Shown here: positions 12,460-27,701 of the stretch, in pieces
How the letters are laid out: the number at the start of each line of letters is the position of its first letter
Position numbering within the stretch: position 1 is the first letter of the stretch
NCBI RefSeq assembly: GCF_009914755.1
Contig: NC_060929.1
From: the human T2T-CHM13v2.0 reference genome, Homo sapiens
Strand: one strand, 5' to 3'
DNA length: 64,000 nucleotides
Notes under the pieces: model-generated
The model's input: the letters and a program-made list of their open reading frames with translations, nothing else
Databases searched by the model: none
What the model was told of the DNA's origin: nothing
Translations under genes and position numbers: made by a program

Positions 12460-12920
12460 TTTCCTACATCTAATCAGTTGCCACATCCTGTCACTTATAC
12501 CTGCTGGAGATATTACCTGTCTGTTCTTTTCATTCTTTCTTACCTGTCCTAAGTCAGGCACTCATGTGAAATAATAGAATGACCTATCTAGTTATCTACT
12601 TCCAGCCTTCCTCTTCAAATCGCTTTTTATACTGTGACTGGACTTATTTTCCTAAAGCAGAGGTCAGATTAGGTCATCTACCTTCCTTAGAAATGATTAT
12701 GCATTACCTACTCAGTAGTTTGGCATGTGAGACCATCCACGGTTTGACTTCAGACTTTTTGTTTTTATTTTAATTTTTTTCGTAGACCATTTTTTTAGGC
12801 TTTCAGAACAATTGAGCAGAAAGTACAGAGTACCAGTTTATTTTCTCCAGACTGTCTTTTTACTCTTATCTTCTAATGTGCCATTTGCTCTAGCCAAAGT
12901 CTAATTAACTCATGAACCCC
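12460..12920 (+). mobile_element. L2 relic interrupted by a short L1MC 3' fragment (about 12770-12830)
   Basis: Degenerate L2 3'-region motifs; aattgagcagaaagtacagag is L1MC-like. Confidence 0.45.
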
Positions 12921-13042
12921 CGACCCTATTGAGACTGACTCCCCATTGTATAGAGTCAAGAGAGACTGTGGGTGATCATAAGGCTTGGCTTCTCTAGGTA
13001 TGTTTATCCCCTTCAATGGATCCAGATGAATACTTCACACTG

Positions 13043-13610
13043 GATATATTCATTTTCTGTTGCTGTGTAACAAATTACCATAAACTTAGCTGTGGCTCAG
13101 GAGTTCAGATACAGCATTACTTACTGGGTCCTTTGCTCAGGGTCTTACAAGGCTGTGGTCAAGCTGTTGTCTTGGCTGCATTCTCATCTAGAGGTTTAAT
13201 TGGGGAAGAATCTGCTTCCAGGCTTATATAGATTGCTGGCAGAATTTATATCCTGGTGGTCGTATGACTGAGGGTCCTAGCTTTTTGCTGGCTATCAGCT
13301 GGAGGCCAACCATTGATTGTAGATGCTGTCCACAGCCTCCAGAGGCTGTATAGTTTCTTGCCCCCTGGGCCTCTCCAACATGGCCACCTATTTTGGCAAG
13401 CCTTCAGAGAATCTTACTCCAGTCTGCGAAGAGGGAGTTTATATAATGTAACGTAATCAAAGGAGTGACATTCCATCATTTTTACCATATTCTCTTGGTT
13501 AGAAGCATGTCACAAGTGCTGTATGCACTCAAGGGAAGGGCATTATTAAAAAGATGTGAACATCAAGAGGTAAGAATCCTTAGGGTACACTTTAGAGTCT
13601 ACCTGCCACA
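13043..13610 (-). mobile_element. MLT1 (MLT1E-like) MaLR LTR
   Basis: ttgctgtgtaacaaattaccataaacttag start and agagtctacctgccaca end are typical of MLT1. Confidence 0.75.
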
Positions 13611-13739
13611 CTGGGAATAAGATATGGTATATTAGGACTAAGTGTGTTTCCATCTGTCTCTTTATCCCCATTTAAAAGGGTCAAAGTAGAACCCCCGGAA
13701 TACCTATCCCTCCCTATCCTTGAAACATAGAGGATTTTT

Positions 13740-14035
13740 AGAGTGACAGAACTACTCTATATGATACTATAATGATGGATACATGTCATTATACATTTGT
13801 CCAAACCCATAGAATGTACAACACCAAGAGTGAACCCTAATGTAAACTGTGGATTTGGGTGGTGATGATGTGTCAGTGAAGGTTCATAAGTTGTTACAAA
13901 TGTCCGCTCTGGTGGGAGATATTGATAATGGGGGAGACTGTGCATGTGTTGGGACAGGGATATATGGAAAATCTCTGTACCTTCCTTTCCATCTTGCTGT
14001 GAACCTAAAACTGCATTAGAAAAATAAAGTTAAAA
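13740..14035 (+). mobile_element. L1MC-type 3' end
   Basis: catttgtccaaacccatagaatgtacaacaccaagagtgaaccctaatgtaaac...aataaagtt. Confidence 0.8.
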
Positions 14036-14064
14036 AGTTAGTGAAGCAGGAAACCAAAAACTGA

Positions 14065-14625
14065 CCAGGTTCAGTTCAGTTTTTGACATGTTGGATTTGC
14101 AATTTCCAAGACATCCAGATAGACATGTTTAGTAAGCAGTTGATTGTATGAATCTGGTGTTCATCAGAGAGGTCTGGGCTGGAAGATATACATGTGGGAA
14201 TCATTGGCCCTTAGATGGTATTTAAAGGTATAAGACTGGATTTAATCATCAATTGAGTGAACATGTATTGCAGAGAAGCAAGACCTAAACTCCTGGTGCA
14301 CTCGAATATTGGAGGTGGAAGGGCAGGAGGAGAAAAGAAATAAAGGAGACTGAGAAGAAACAACTTAGTGTTCTGAAAGCCAAGTGAAGAAAGTGTTACA
14401 ATAATGAGATAGTGATAAACTATCAATGCTGATGATAGAGCAAATAAAATTAAGACAGAAAATTTATCATTGAATTTAACAATGTAGAAGTCATTAGCTA
14501 TCTTGAATAGTGTAGTTTTGGTTGAATGTTGGGAGCAAATGCCTTACTAAAGTATCTTTAAGAAGAAAGAACTGGGAAAAGTGCAAATAGACAACTCTTT
14601 ATAGGATTTTTGCAGCAGTGGAGAG
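14065..14625 (-). mobile_element. L2 relic
   Basis: gagaggtctgggctggaagatatacatgtgggaatc and related L2 motifs. Confidence 0.7.
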
Positions 14626-14694
14626 CAGAGAGTTTTTTTTAGGGAAGAGGATGAGAGAAATGGGGGCTGGAAAGGGAAAGGAGGTTAAGATAAA

Positions 14695-15878
<1,184 letters not shown>

Positions 15879-15956
15879 TCACCATTATCAAACAATTGGT
15901 GAATCTATATTGACACACCATAATCACCCAAAGTCTATAGTTTATCCTAGGGTTCA

Positions 15957-15960
<4 letters not shown>

Positions 15961-15989
<29 letters not shown>

Positions 15990-16136
15990 GAGACAGGGTC
16001 TCACTTTGTTGCCCAGGCTTCAGTGCAGTGGCATGAATGTAGCTTACTGTGACCTCAAACTCCTGGGCTCAAGCAATCTTCCCACCTTGGCCTCCCAAAA
16101 TGGTAGGATTACAGGCATAAGTCACTGTTTCTGGCC
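15961..16136 (-). mobile_element. Alu monomer (FAM/FRAM-like) with long T tail
   Basis: About 150-bp single-arm Alu body. Confidence 0.8.
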
Positions 16137-16149
16137 CAAGGTTCACTAT

Positions 16150-16447
16150 TTTTTTTTTTTTTTTTTTTTTTTGAGACAGAGTCTTGCTCTGTCGCCCAGG
16201 CTGGAGTGCGATCTTGGCTCACTGCAACCTCCACCTCCTGGGTTCAGGTGATTCTCCTGCCTCAGCCTCCTGAGTAGCTGGGATTACAGGTTTGCGCCAC
16301 CACACCCGCCTACTTTTTTGTATTTTTAGTAGAGACGGGGTTTCACCATGTTGGCCAGGCTGGTCTCAAACTCCTAGCTTCAGGTGATCCCCCTGCCTCA
16401 ACCTCCCAAAGTGTTGGGATTACAGGCGTGAGCCACCGCGCATGGCC
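16150..16447 (-). mobile_element. AluS
   Basis: Dimeric antisense Alu with T tail. Confidence 0.9.
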
Positions 16448-17554
16448 CCAGCGTTCATTCTTGATGTTGTACATTCTGTGGGTTTGGACAAATGTGTAAT
16501 GACCTATATCCATTATTATAACATCATACCGAATAGTTTCATTGCCTTGAAAATCCTCTGTGCTGTACTTATTCATCTCTTTGCCCCTTCCCAGACCTTG
16601 GCAACCACTAATCTTTTTACTGTCTCCATAGTTTTGCCTTTTCTACAGTGTCATATAGTTGGAATCATACATAATGTAGCCTTTCAGATTGGCTTTTTTC
16701 ACTTAGTAGTATGCATAATAAGGTTCCTCTGTCTTTTCATGGCTTATTAGCTCATTTCATTTTAATGCTGAATAACATACTATTGTCTGGATGTACCACA
16801 GTTTATTTAGCCATCCACGAACTCAAGGACATCTTAATTACTACCAAATTTTGGCAGTGATGAATAAAGCTGCTATAAATAACTGTATGTGGGTTTTTTG
16901 TATGGATGTAAGTTTTCAGTTCCTTTGGATAAATACCAAGGAATAGACTGACTGGACCATATGGTAACAGTATGTTTAGTTTTGTAAGAAACTGCCAAAC
17001 TATCTTTCAAAGTCTGTACTATTTTGCACTCCAACCAGCAATGAATGAGAGTTTCTGTTGCTCTACATCCTCTCCAACATTTGGTGTTATCAGTGTTTTG
17101 GATTTTGGCCATCTTAATTGGTGTGTAGTGGTGTCATTGTTTTAGTTTGCATTTCCCTGATGACATATGATGTGGAGCACCTTTTTATGTGCTCACTTGC
17201 CATCTTTGTATCTTCTTTTATGAAGTTTCTGTTAAGGTCTTCTGTCCATTTCTTAATTGGTTTGTTATTGTTGAATTTTAAGGGTTCTTGTATCTTTTGG
17301 ATAACGGTTCTTTATCAGATGAGAATATTTTCTCCCAGTCTGTGGTTTCTGTTCTCATTCTCTTGACATTGTCTTTTGCAGAGTGTTAATTTTAAGGAAG
17401 TCCAGCTTTTCAATTATTTCTTTCAGGGATCATGCCATTGTTGTTCTATCTAAAAAGTCATCACCATACCCAAGGTCAATTAAGTTTTCTCCTGTGTTAT
17501 CTTCGAGGAGTTTTATTGTTTTGCATTTTATATTTAGGCCTATGATCCATTTTT

Positions 17555-17682
17555 AAATATTTGTTTGTTTATTTTAGTGACAGGGTTTTGCTGTGTTGCT
17601 CAGGCTGGTCTTGAACTCTTAAGCTCAAGGAATTCTGCCTTGGCCTCCCTAGTAGCTGGGACTATAGGCATATGCTTGGCTT
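17555..17682 (-). mobile_element. Alu monomer (FLAM-like)
   Basis: Flanked by tatgatccatttt / tgtgatccatttt duplication. Confidence 0.75.
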
Positions 17683-20477
17683 CTGTGATCCATTTTGAAT
17701 TAATTTTGCTCTAGCACCATTTGTTGAAAAGACTGTTCCATTGTACTGCCTTTGCTCAGTTGTCAAAGATCAGTTGACTGTAGTTATGTGGGTCTATTTT
17801 TGGGCTCTCCATTCTGTCCTGTTGGTCTGTTTTTCTAATCTTTTGTCAATACTATACTGTATGGATTACTGTTACTTTATAGTAAGTGAACTCTAGTAGT
17901 GTCAATCTTCCAACTTTATTCTTCTCTTTCCATATTGTGTTGACTGTTTTGGGTTTTTTGCCTTTCCACATAAACTTCAACATTAGTTTGTCAGTGTCCA
18001 CAAAATAACTTGCTGGGATTTTGATTGGGATTGCGTTGAATCTGTAGATCAAGTTGGGAAAACCTGACATCTTAACAGTGTTGAGTCTTCCTATCCATGA
18101 TCATGGAATATCTTTTATTCTTCTTTGATTTCTTTCATCAGTTTTGTAGTTTTTCACATATAGAATGTATACATATTTCATTAGATTTATGCCTGTTTTA
18201 CTTTGGGAGATGTTTATATAAATGGTATGGGTTTAATTTGAAATTCGACTTGTTCATTGCTGTTACATATGAAAGTGATTGACTTTTGTATATTAACTTT
18301 GTGTTGTGCAACCTTAGTATAATCATTTATTAGTTCTAGGAGGTTTTTGTCAGTACCATTGAATTTTCCATGTTGATGATCTTGTTATCTGTGAACAAAG
18401 ACAGTCTTATTTGTTTCTTCTTAATCTTCATACCTTTTTTTTGGGTCTTATTACATTAGTTAGGACTTCTAGTACAATGTTGAAAAGGAGTGGTGAGAGG
18501 GGACATCCTTGCCTTTTTCCTGATCTTAGCTGGAAAGCTTCTAGTTTCTCACCAATAAGTTGATGTTAGCATTGGGCTTTTTGTAGGTGTTCTTTATCAA
18601 ATTGAGGAAGTTCCCCTCTATTCCTAGTTTGCTGAATGGTTTTATTATGCATGTGTGTTGGATTTTGTGAAATGCTTTTTCTGTATCTACTGATATGGTC
18701 ATATGATTTTTCTTTTTTAGCCTATTGATGTAATGAATTACATTAATTGAATTTTGAATGTTGAACCAGCCTAGGATACCTGGAGAAAATCCCACTTGGT
18801 TTTGTATGTGATTCGTTTCATATATGGTTGGATTCAATCTGCTGATATTTTGTTGGAGATTTTTGCATCCATGTTCATCAGAGAATATTGATCTATAGTT
18901 TTTTTGTAGTGTCTTTGGTTTGATATGAGGGTATTTCTAGCCTCATAGGATGAGTTAGGAAGTCTTTCTTTTGCTTCTTTCCTCCGATTGAGACTGTATG
19001 GAATTAGTAAAATTTCTACCTTAAATGATTGGTAGAATTCACCAGTGGATCCGTCTGGGCCTGTTACCTTCTGTTTTGGAAGGTTATTACTTATTGAGGC
19101 AATATCTTTAATAAATAGAGGCCTATTTAGATAGCTTATTTCTTCTTCTGTGAGTTGTCACAAATTGCATTTTCCGAGGCATTGGTCCATTTCTTGTAGG
19201 TTATCAGATTTGTGGGCATAGAGTTATTTATAGTATGTCTTGGTTATCATTTTAATGTCTATGGGACCTTAGTGGATGTCTCTTCCTTCATTTCTGATAT
19301 TAGTAATTTGTGTCCTCCCTTTTGTTCCTCCTTAGGGAGCCTGGCTAGAGGCTTATTGAGTTTATCGATCTTTTGAAAAAGCCAGGTTTTCATTTTGTTG
19401 ATTTTTTTCTATTGATTTTCTGTTTTTAATTTCGTTGACTTGTGCTCTTATTTCTTTCCTTCTGCTTATTTTGGATTTAATTTGCTCTTCTTTTTCTAAT
19501 TTCCTAACATGGAAACTTGGAGTATGGATTTTAGATCTTTCTTATCAAATATATGCACTCAATGCTATACATTTTCCTCTAAGCCCTGCTTTCACAGCAT
19601 CCCACAAATTTTGATAAGATGTACATTTTTTTTTCCACTTAGCTCAAAATACTTTAAAATTTCTCTTGAGATTTCTTCTCTGACTTGTGTTATTTAGAAG
19701 TATCTTTTTTAATCTTCACATATTTTGGGATGTTTCAGTTTTCTTCTTGTTATTGATTTCTCATTTAATTCCCTTGTTTGAGAGTAAATACTATATTTGT
19801 TTTTTTTTTTTTAATTTGTTAAGGTGTTTTTTATGTTACAGAATGTCTTCTGTCTTGGTGAGTGTTCCATGTGAACTTGAGAAGAATGTGTTTCTGCTGT
19901 TGGATGAAGTGGTTGATAGGTGTTAATTATATCCAATCAACGGATGGTATTGTTGAATTCAGCTATGTTCTTAATGATTTCTTGCCTGCTAGATCGGTCC
20001 ATTTCTGATTTGAGGGGTGTTTGAGTCTACAACTATAATAGTAGTTTCATCTGTTTCTCCTTGCAGTTCCATTAGTTTTTGCCTCTTGTAGTTTGATGCT
20101 CTGTCATTAGGTGGATGTACATTAAGGAATGCTATGTCTTGGAGAATTGACCCATGTGTCATTATTTAATGCCCTTCTTTATCTCTAATAACTTTCTTTG
20201 CTTTGAGTCTGCTTTTTCTGAAATTTTTTATCAGTGTTAGCATGGTATATTTTTCTGTTTACTTCTAACCCATATGTTTATTTATATTTAAAGTGGGTTT
20301 CTTATAGACAACATATAGTTGGGTCTTGTTTTTTGATCATCTCATAATCTTTTAATTAGTTCCTTGAGACCGTTGATGTTCAAAGTGATTATTGATTTAG
20401 TTGGGTTAATATATATCATATTGATTGCTGTTTTCTGTTTGTTGCCCTTGTTCTTTTTGTCTTCTACTCTTGGTGGT

Positions 20478-20773
20478 TTGTTTTGTTTTATTTTGAGACT
20501 GTTTCACTCTGTCACCCAGGCTGGAGTGCAGTGGCTCAATCCCCGATCTCAGCTCACTGCAACCTCCGCCTTCCAGGTTCAAGCTGTTTCAGCCTTCTGA
20601 GTAGCTGCGATTACAGGCACCTGCCATCACACCTGGCTAATTTTTGTATTTTTCGTAGAGGCAGGGTTTCACCATGTTGGCCATGCTGGTCTCAAACTCC
20701 TGGCCTCAAGTGATCTGCCTGCCTCGGCCTCCCAAAGTGCTGGGATTACAGGCATGAGCCATTGTGCCCAGCC
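20478..20773 (-). mobile_element. Alu (J/S)
   Basis: Dimeric Alu; flanking duplication ctcttggtg. Confidence 0.88.
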
Positions 20774-21114
20774 CTCTTGGTGAGTTTAATAGAACATTTT
20801 ATATGATTATAATTTATCTCCTTCCTGGTTGCCCTAGAGTTTGCAATATACATTTATAACAAATCCAGACCTACATACAAATAACTATACTGTTTCACAG
20901 GTAGTGTGAGTGCCTTATAATAAGAATATGATTCCTCCCTCCCATCTTTGTATCATTGCTGTCATTCATTTCGCTGATATATAAGCATATATAAACATAT
21001 ATATGTATATATATACACACACAAGATATTTGCAGAAGAACCCATAATTGAATACATTGTTGCTGTTATTATTTTGAACCAACTGTTTTAGACCATTTGA
21101 GAATAAGAAAAATA

Positions 21115-21724
<610 letters not shown>

Positions 21725-21845
21725 GGGTTTTAAACTTCGTCTATTTCTTGTATGCTCATGCTTTCTTTATGTGGATCCAAGTTTCTGACCTATATTATTC
21801 TCATTCTCTCTACAGAACTTACATATATTTAAAAATATTTAATAT

Positions 21846-22037
21846 TTCACTGCAGCCTTGACCTCCCAGGTGGATGGGACTACAGGCATGTGCCACCAAG
21901 GCTAATTTTTTTATTTTTTTAGAGACGGGGTCTCACTATATTGCCCAGCCTGGTCTCAAACGCCTGGGCTCAAACAGTCCTCTTGCCTCAGCCTCCCAAA
22001 GTGTCGGGATTATAGGTGTGAGCCACTGTGCCCAGCC
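21846..22037 (-). mobile_element. Partial AluJ
   Basis: Left arm and partial right arm in antisense orientation. Confidence 0.8.
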
Positions 22038-22849
22038 TTACAGGTTTTTTTTTTTTTTTTTTTGCTAGGCTGACATGATGTACTGGGTAAAAGGAATTGC
22101 TGTAATTAGGTCTTTAGTTGTGTGGTGGTAAGGTGTTCAGAAGCACTCTATAGTCCTGTGATTAGGTCTCAGTCTTTTATTGAGTCTATGGACTTCACAA
22201 ATGTTTCGAAGTTGTTTTCTTCTTTCTTAGGTGGGACAGAATGGCTAGAGTTGGCTGCAGTTGGGTATTTCCCTTCCCCCAGGTGAGTTAGGCTCTGATA
22301 AGCCCCAACAGGTTAGGCACTGGTTAAATAGTTTCTCCTGAGGGGAGGCCTTGTTAAGAACAGAGTGCTCTGGTGTTTTTCAAAAATGGTTCTTCCCCAC
22401 TCCACTTGTTAGAAGAAGGAGGGGATTTTTTTCTCCATGTACTATGAGTTGAGTTCCTGGAGATAAAACAAAAGTGCGAGGGGACTCACCACATGAATGG
22501 GTTCCCCTGTAGATTTTAACTCTCAGTGTTGTCTATGCTGAGCCTCCAACAATTTCTTAATTACAGTTAAGGTTTTTCTACCCCAGTAATGGTTCTTGCA
22601 GTGGTTTCTGCTAGAGAGCTTTTGCTCTGGCAAATTGTTACTCCTTGTATTGACCTATTTCTGCAGTCATGGGTCAGCAATTTGCCCTGTGTCCTCACAT
22701 CTCTTAACGATCCAGAATGAATTACTGATTTTTTAGTTTGTTCATCTTTTCACTTGTTGTTAGGGTGGAGTGGTAAATTCTAAACTCCTTATACATGAAA
22801 CTGGAAACTGAAAGTCCCCTTTACTTGCTTTAATTTTTTTCAGAGTAAA

Positions 22850-23360
22850 AACCATGAGTCTTTAAAATAGCCTTTAATCTGATCCCTAATATTCTTTGTT
22901 CTTCATCTTGTCGCACCCTCTCCCTGTGTATTCCTGTCTAGCACGCTGATTCCTCACATATTCCATGCATTCTCCTGACTTTGCACTGGTTGTCACCTCT
23001 GCTTAAAATGGTCTTCCCCCCAGGTAGATAATCTGCAAGACTTACTTTCTCACCTCCTTGAAGTCTTTGTTCAAATATTGACTTCCCCAATCACCTTTAT
23101 AAACTTATTCTGTCAGCCTGTACTCATGACCTCTTCACTCTGGTCTTTTTGTTGTTGTCCCGTAAAATGATTGCCTTTTAAGATGCTCTAGAATGTATTT
23201 GTTCAATATGTGTATTGTTTATCTTCTGTTGCTGGAATGTAGCTTTATGGGAGTAGGGGTGTTTGCCTATTTTGTTCATTAATGTATCCCAATTCCTGTA
23301 TATGTTTGTGGCCCATTGTAGTTGACCAATGAATGTTTGATGAATGTATGAATGAATGGA
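22850..23360 (+). mobile_element. L2a-like 3' end
   Basis: Ends in the L2 tail aatgaatgtttgatgaatgtatgaatgaatg. Confidence 0.75.
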
Positions 23361-23724
23361 TATGGTCACATTTGTTCTTTTATGTTCCTTTATCTATTTG
23401 AAAACTCCCATACTGGTATATTTCTTCTTTCCTATTACACACGTCCTTCCCCAGACAATTATCCTAATCTTCAAAAACCTTATTTTAAAGTGATTAGTCT
23501 AATAAAGTTATGTCTGTTTGTCCTGATTCTGAGATTAGTATGTGTAAACTTTCAGCACTCTTAATAACAAGGGAATCTGTGTTAAGCATAGCCACAGTCA
23601 TTTCTTTGCTGAATCAACGGCTGTTAAAGTGAGTGAAAGCTGCAGAAAGTTTCAGGATCCTTTTGGCAGTTTAAGTGAAAGAAATAAAACAGTGTTTTAT
23701 AGAAGCTGTAAACTTTGTTGCCTT

Positions 23725-23910
23725 AGAGGGGAGTTCTCAAATTTTAAGGTGTCTAAGAATCACCATGGGGAGTTTGTTAAAAATGGTAGTTTGTTAAAAG
23801 TACAAATTCTCTCTTCTAATCCCTAAGGTTCTGAATCAATAGGTTCATAGAAGGGCCCAGAGTTTGCATTTTCAGTAAGTACCTGGGGTTTCTGATACGG
23901 GATGTCTGTG
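23725..23910. mobile_element. MER5-like hAT DNA transposon
   Basis: ttctcaaatttt...agaatcacc...gggagtttgttaaaa...tgcattttcagtaagtacct. Confidence 0.65.
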
Positions 23911-24829
23911 AATATAAATTAAGTAACATTCTTTTAGACCCTACATACACTTTGGCTGTTTTTTGGTTTAGAGATGGAAGAGAAAGAGCTGGAGAAAGCA
24001 AGAAGAAATTTCTGGAATAGGTGTTTAGAATATGGAAGAAAACCTGGAAGGAGAAAATATATTTGCTTATGCATGACAAAGACAACTCATGAACTTCCTG
24101 TGCCTTGAAGAGACCTTGGGTAGTCATTTATTTAAAATGAATCACCCTTGGAATTTCCAGTGCAGAGAGCTTACTATATTATAGAGCAGTCCATCCACTA
24201 TTGTATAATCATGATTATTATAATGTTCTTAATTCTCTTGAGCCAATATATTTTTCTATAATTTTTATCTGTTTGTCCTAGCCAAACTGAAGAGGCAAAT
24301 GTAGTAAGGTAATTCGTGTTAAAATATAAAATAATTATAACCCTTATTTTTCTAAGAGATATTTAAGCATGTAGTCTATTCCCAGTTTGTTAAATTTCAT
24401 CCATCCATGGGATGAGGATATACAGCCTTGCTCTGCCAGACTTTGTTTTTGATTCTGCCTCCGGGGTCAGTTCTCTCATTCTCTTCCAGGTCTGTTCCAG
24501 TTTTGTTCTTTGTCTCCAACTCTGCACACTCTGCTTTTCTCAGTACTTCAAGTTTTTCCCAGGTACAGCCAAAGTAGTGGCAGACACAGTTCTAGGTTTG
24601 TCAGGAGAGGAGCTTACTGTAGTACATTTGGTTGCAGTAGAGTATTTTCTTTTTCCCTGCCAATAGGTTGGCTTTCCTTCTGTATTTGGAGTTTTGGTCC
24701 ATGTAAAATGAAGATGATATACTATGGAGTGCCCAGTGAGATAGAGAGGTCTTCCTTTTTGCATCTCAAATTTTTCTTCTCCTGTCATTTTTTTCTTGTT
24801 GTTATCCCTAAAGTAGAAGTTCTGTTAGT

Positions 24830-25660
24830 GAGGGTCTATTGGTAGTACTTTTTTCAGTATTTATTGTTATTATTTCATCTTGGTTCTCAAACAGCTGATC
24901 TGACTGGTTTTAGAGTTCTGCATTATCAGTTATTTTCTCTCAGCCATTTAGCACATTATACTTGAGCTTGCATTGTTGCTGTTGAGAAGCTAGCTCAGTC
25001 TTAGGATCTTAGGTGAAAGGATACACAGTGGTTTATAGGTGACCTTCCTTTGTGTGGGAATTATCCTTTTTTTTTCTTGCAGTTTTTAAGGTTTGCTCTT
25101 TCATTGTGATGTATCTGAGTGTTACTATTTTTAAAATTTGGCTTGTGTTTTAGGGTTTTGAATCTGAGAATTAGTGTCTTCATATACTGTTTAAACATTG
25201 ACTCTCCCTTATCCTGTTTTTTTTTTTTCCCCTCTGGACCTCTTAATTGTATGTTAGACCTTCTCAATCATCATGTCTTATAATTTCTCATATTTACATT
25301 TTTTGGATCTCTGTGCTGTGTCATTAGATTCACTTCCATTCCTTTATTATTTCATCTTTGTGTAGTTTGCTGTTCAACTTGTCTATTAAATTTATAATTT
25401 AAAAGTCATTATTATAGTTTTCATTTCTAGAATTTCATTTAAGAAGCTGGCCAATTCTGATAGTCTCTTGTTAGTCAAACTTGTATTACCCTCTTAATTC
25501 TTTATTAAACACACCTGTTTTGTATCTGATAATTCAAATATATTCAGGTCTTATTTTGTAATTTGCTATTTCTGTGGACCCTTGTGGTTTGTTTCCTCAT
25601 AGATTTAAATCATAAGCCAAAGTTACTTGGAACTTTATCTGTGTTAATTTCTTGAAGCCT
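24830..25660 (-). mobile_element. Ancient L1ME/HAL1 ORF1-like relic
   Basis: ORF 25061..25267 (RRSNIQLRGPEG) resembles the L1 ORF1 RRSNIRIIGVPE motif. Confidence 0.5.
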
Positions 25661-25662
25661 GG

Positions 25663-26028
25663 TGTATTAGTCAGTTCTCATGCTGCTAATAAAGACATAC
25701 CCGAGACCAGGTAATTTATAAAGAAAAAGAGTTTTAATGGACTTGCAGTTCTACATGGCTGAGGAGGCCTCACAATCATGGTGGGAGGTGAAGGACAAGC
25801 AAAGGCACGTGTTACCTGGTGGCAGGCAAGAGAGCATGTGTAGGGGAACTCCCCTTTATAAAACCATCAGGTATCATGAGATTTATTCACTGTCATGAGA
25901 ACAGCATAGGAAAGACCCACCCCCATGATTCAGTTACCTCCCACCAGGCCCCTCCCATGACACGTGGGAATTATGGGAGCTGCAATTCAAGATGAGATTT
26001 GGGTGGGGACACAGCCAAACCCATGTCA
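25663..26028 (-). mobile_element. THE1 solo LTR
   Basis: tgtattagtc...gggacacagccaaacccatgtca; 5-bp TSD cctgg on both sides. Confidence 0.93.
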
Positions 26029-26176
26029 CCTGGTTTTAATGTTTGTTCCTCTACTTTTGCCAAATGCCTGAGGCCACTACCAGCCTGAGATCCTTTTCAG
26101 TGAAAATTGGAGGTTGGATTATCTTGTCCATGTGGGTAGTGGAATTCTGACCTGAGATCTGCAAGTTGGTAGGTTT

Positions 26177-26487
26177 TTGGTTTTTGTTTTGTTTTGTTTT
26201 GTTTTGGAGACAGGATCTTGCTCTGTTGCCTAGGCTGGAGTGTAGTGGCATGATCTTGGCTCGTTACAACCTGCCTCCTGGGCTCAAGCTATCCTTCTGC
26301 CTCAGCCTCCTAAGTAACTGGGACTCCAGGCATGTGCCACCACACTTGGTAAATTTTTAAATTTTGGTGTAGAGCTGAGGTCTCACTATATTGCCCAGGC
26401 TGGTCTCAATCTCCTGGCCTTGAGTGATCCTTCCACCTCAGCCTCCCAAAGTGCTGAGATTACAGGTGTGAGCCACCATGCCTGGCC
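26177..26487 (-). mobile_element. AluJ with (TTTTG)n tail
   Basis: TSD ttggtaggttt at 26166-26176 and 26489-26499. Confidence 0.9.
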
Positions 26488-26967
26488 ATTGGTAGGTTTA
26501 TGACTGGGAATTCTCAGGGAAGATTTCCCTTTTTTCCTCCCTTCTACATCCAGAATTAAGGACAAGACATGGAGGTATTCCCATCATTTATTTTTCTTCT
26601 GTGAAATTGCTCTTTTCTTACTCATCCACTGAAACGGTCATTTTTTAGAGACTCCTGGCTTTATGCAGGGATCTTGTCAATCCCTTACCATCCTTGTACC
26701 AGCTCCAAAGCTTTGTCTCTAGTTTACTAGTGCAGATGGATCACTAGTAATTTGGTGAATGGTTTGGTATCAAGGCTGTTCTTTCTTTGGATTTAGTAGT
26801 TCCTGCTTTCTTGCCTCCCAGGATTTCTTGTTGCGTTAGTTGTGTATTTACAATATTATTTAAATAAAATTTGGTCTAGTATTTTAGGTATTATGTACTA
26901 GAAGGGGATCTCTACATATGGGTGATCTGCTATGTTTTAAGAAGTGAAAGTCTTGAGTGGCTTGTTT

Positions 26968-27010
26968 TATATTTATATATATATAGATAGAGACAGAGAC
27001 ACATATAGAT

Positions 27011-27041
<31 letters not shown>

Positions 27042-27048
27042 TACACGC
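26968..27048. repeat. Compound (TA)n/(GA)n/(CA)n microsatellite
   Basis: Seen directly in the sequence. Confidence 0.85.
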
Positions 27049-27701
27049 TCATCTGTCCCAGAGTGAAAAGTTGGAAATGAACTGGGAACCATCATCACAA
27101 TAGGTATTTAGTAGTGATGAAAAGAGGTCGTCCTCCAGAATTCTACTTGGCTTGAGTTGGCTAATCCACTATGTTGTGGCTGAAGAAAATACTGGGTCTT
27201 TAACATCTACAGATGTGAAGAAATTATCAGGATAATAGCTATTAGATTTATATCAGTGCTATTAGAGATTTGTGGCTCTCCAACATTTCTCATCATTGCT
27301 ATACTGCAAGCAACTATGGCCTTAAATATATCGCATTACCAGCTCTAACCCTACCTTCATCCTTATCTACTAGTTTATTATACTTAATACTTCCTTGGTT
27401 ATTTAAAGTAATACAGCATTTATAGCAAGGTTTCAGCTGGGTACATTCTTGGGTAATTTCTTCTGTGTTTTTCCTGAAATATGCTGCTGCCAGGCTAACT
27501 TTGCCAGACATTTTATTAGTATTTGGTCATTGTTTTATTGTTGCTGCTTATTACACCAAGAAGACAGGGCTTTGGGGCGATGCTTTTGGTTTTTTGCTGG
27601 GGGAAGATCTTTATTACTGATCAAGATAGCAGTTCTAAATGCCATGTGAACTTGGGACAATATATGTGAGAATTATATCTCACTTAAGGTGCCGGGAACT
27701 C

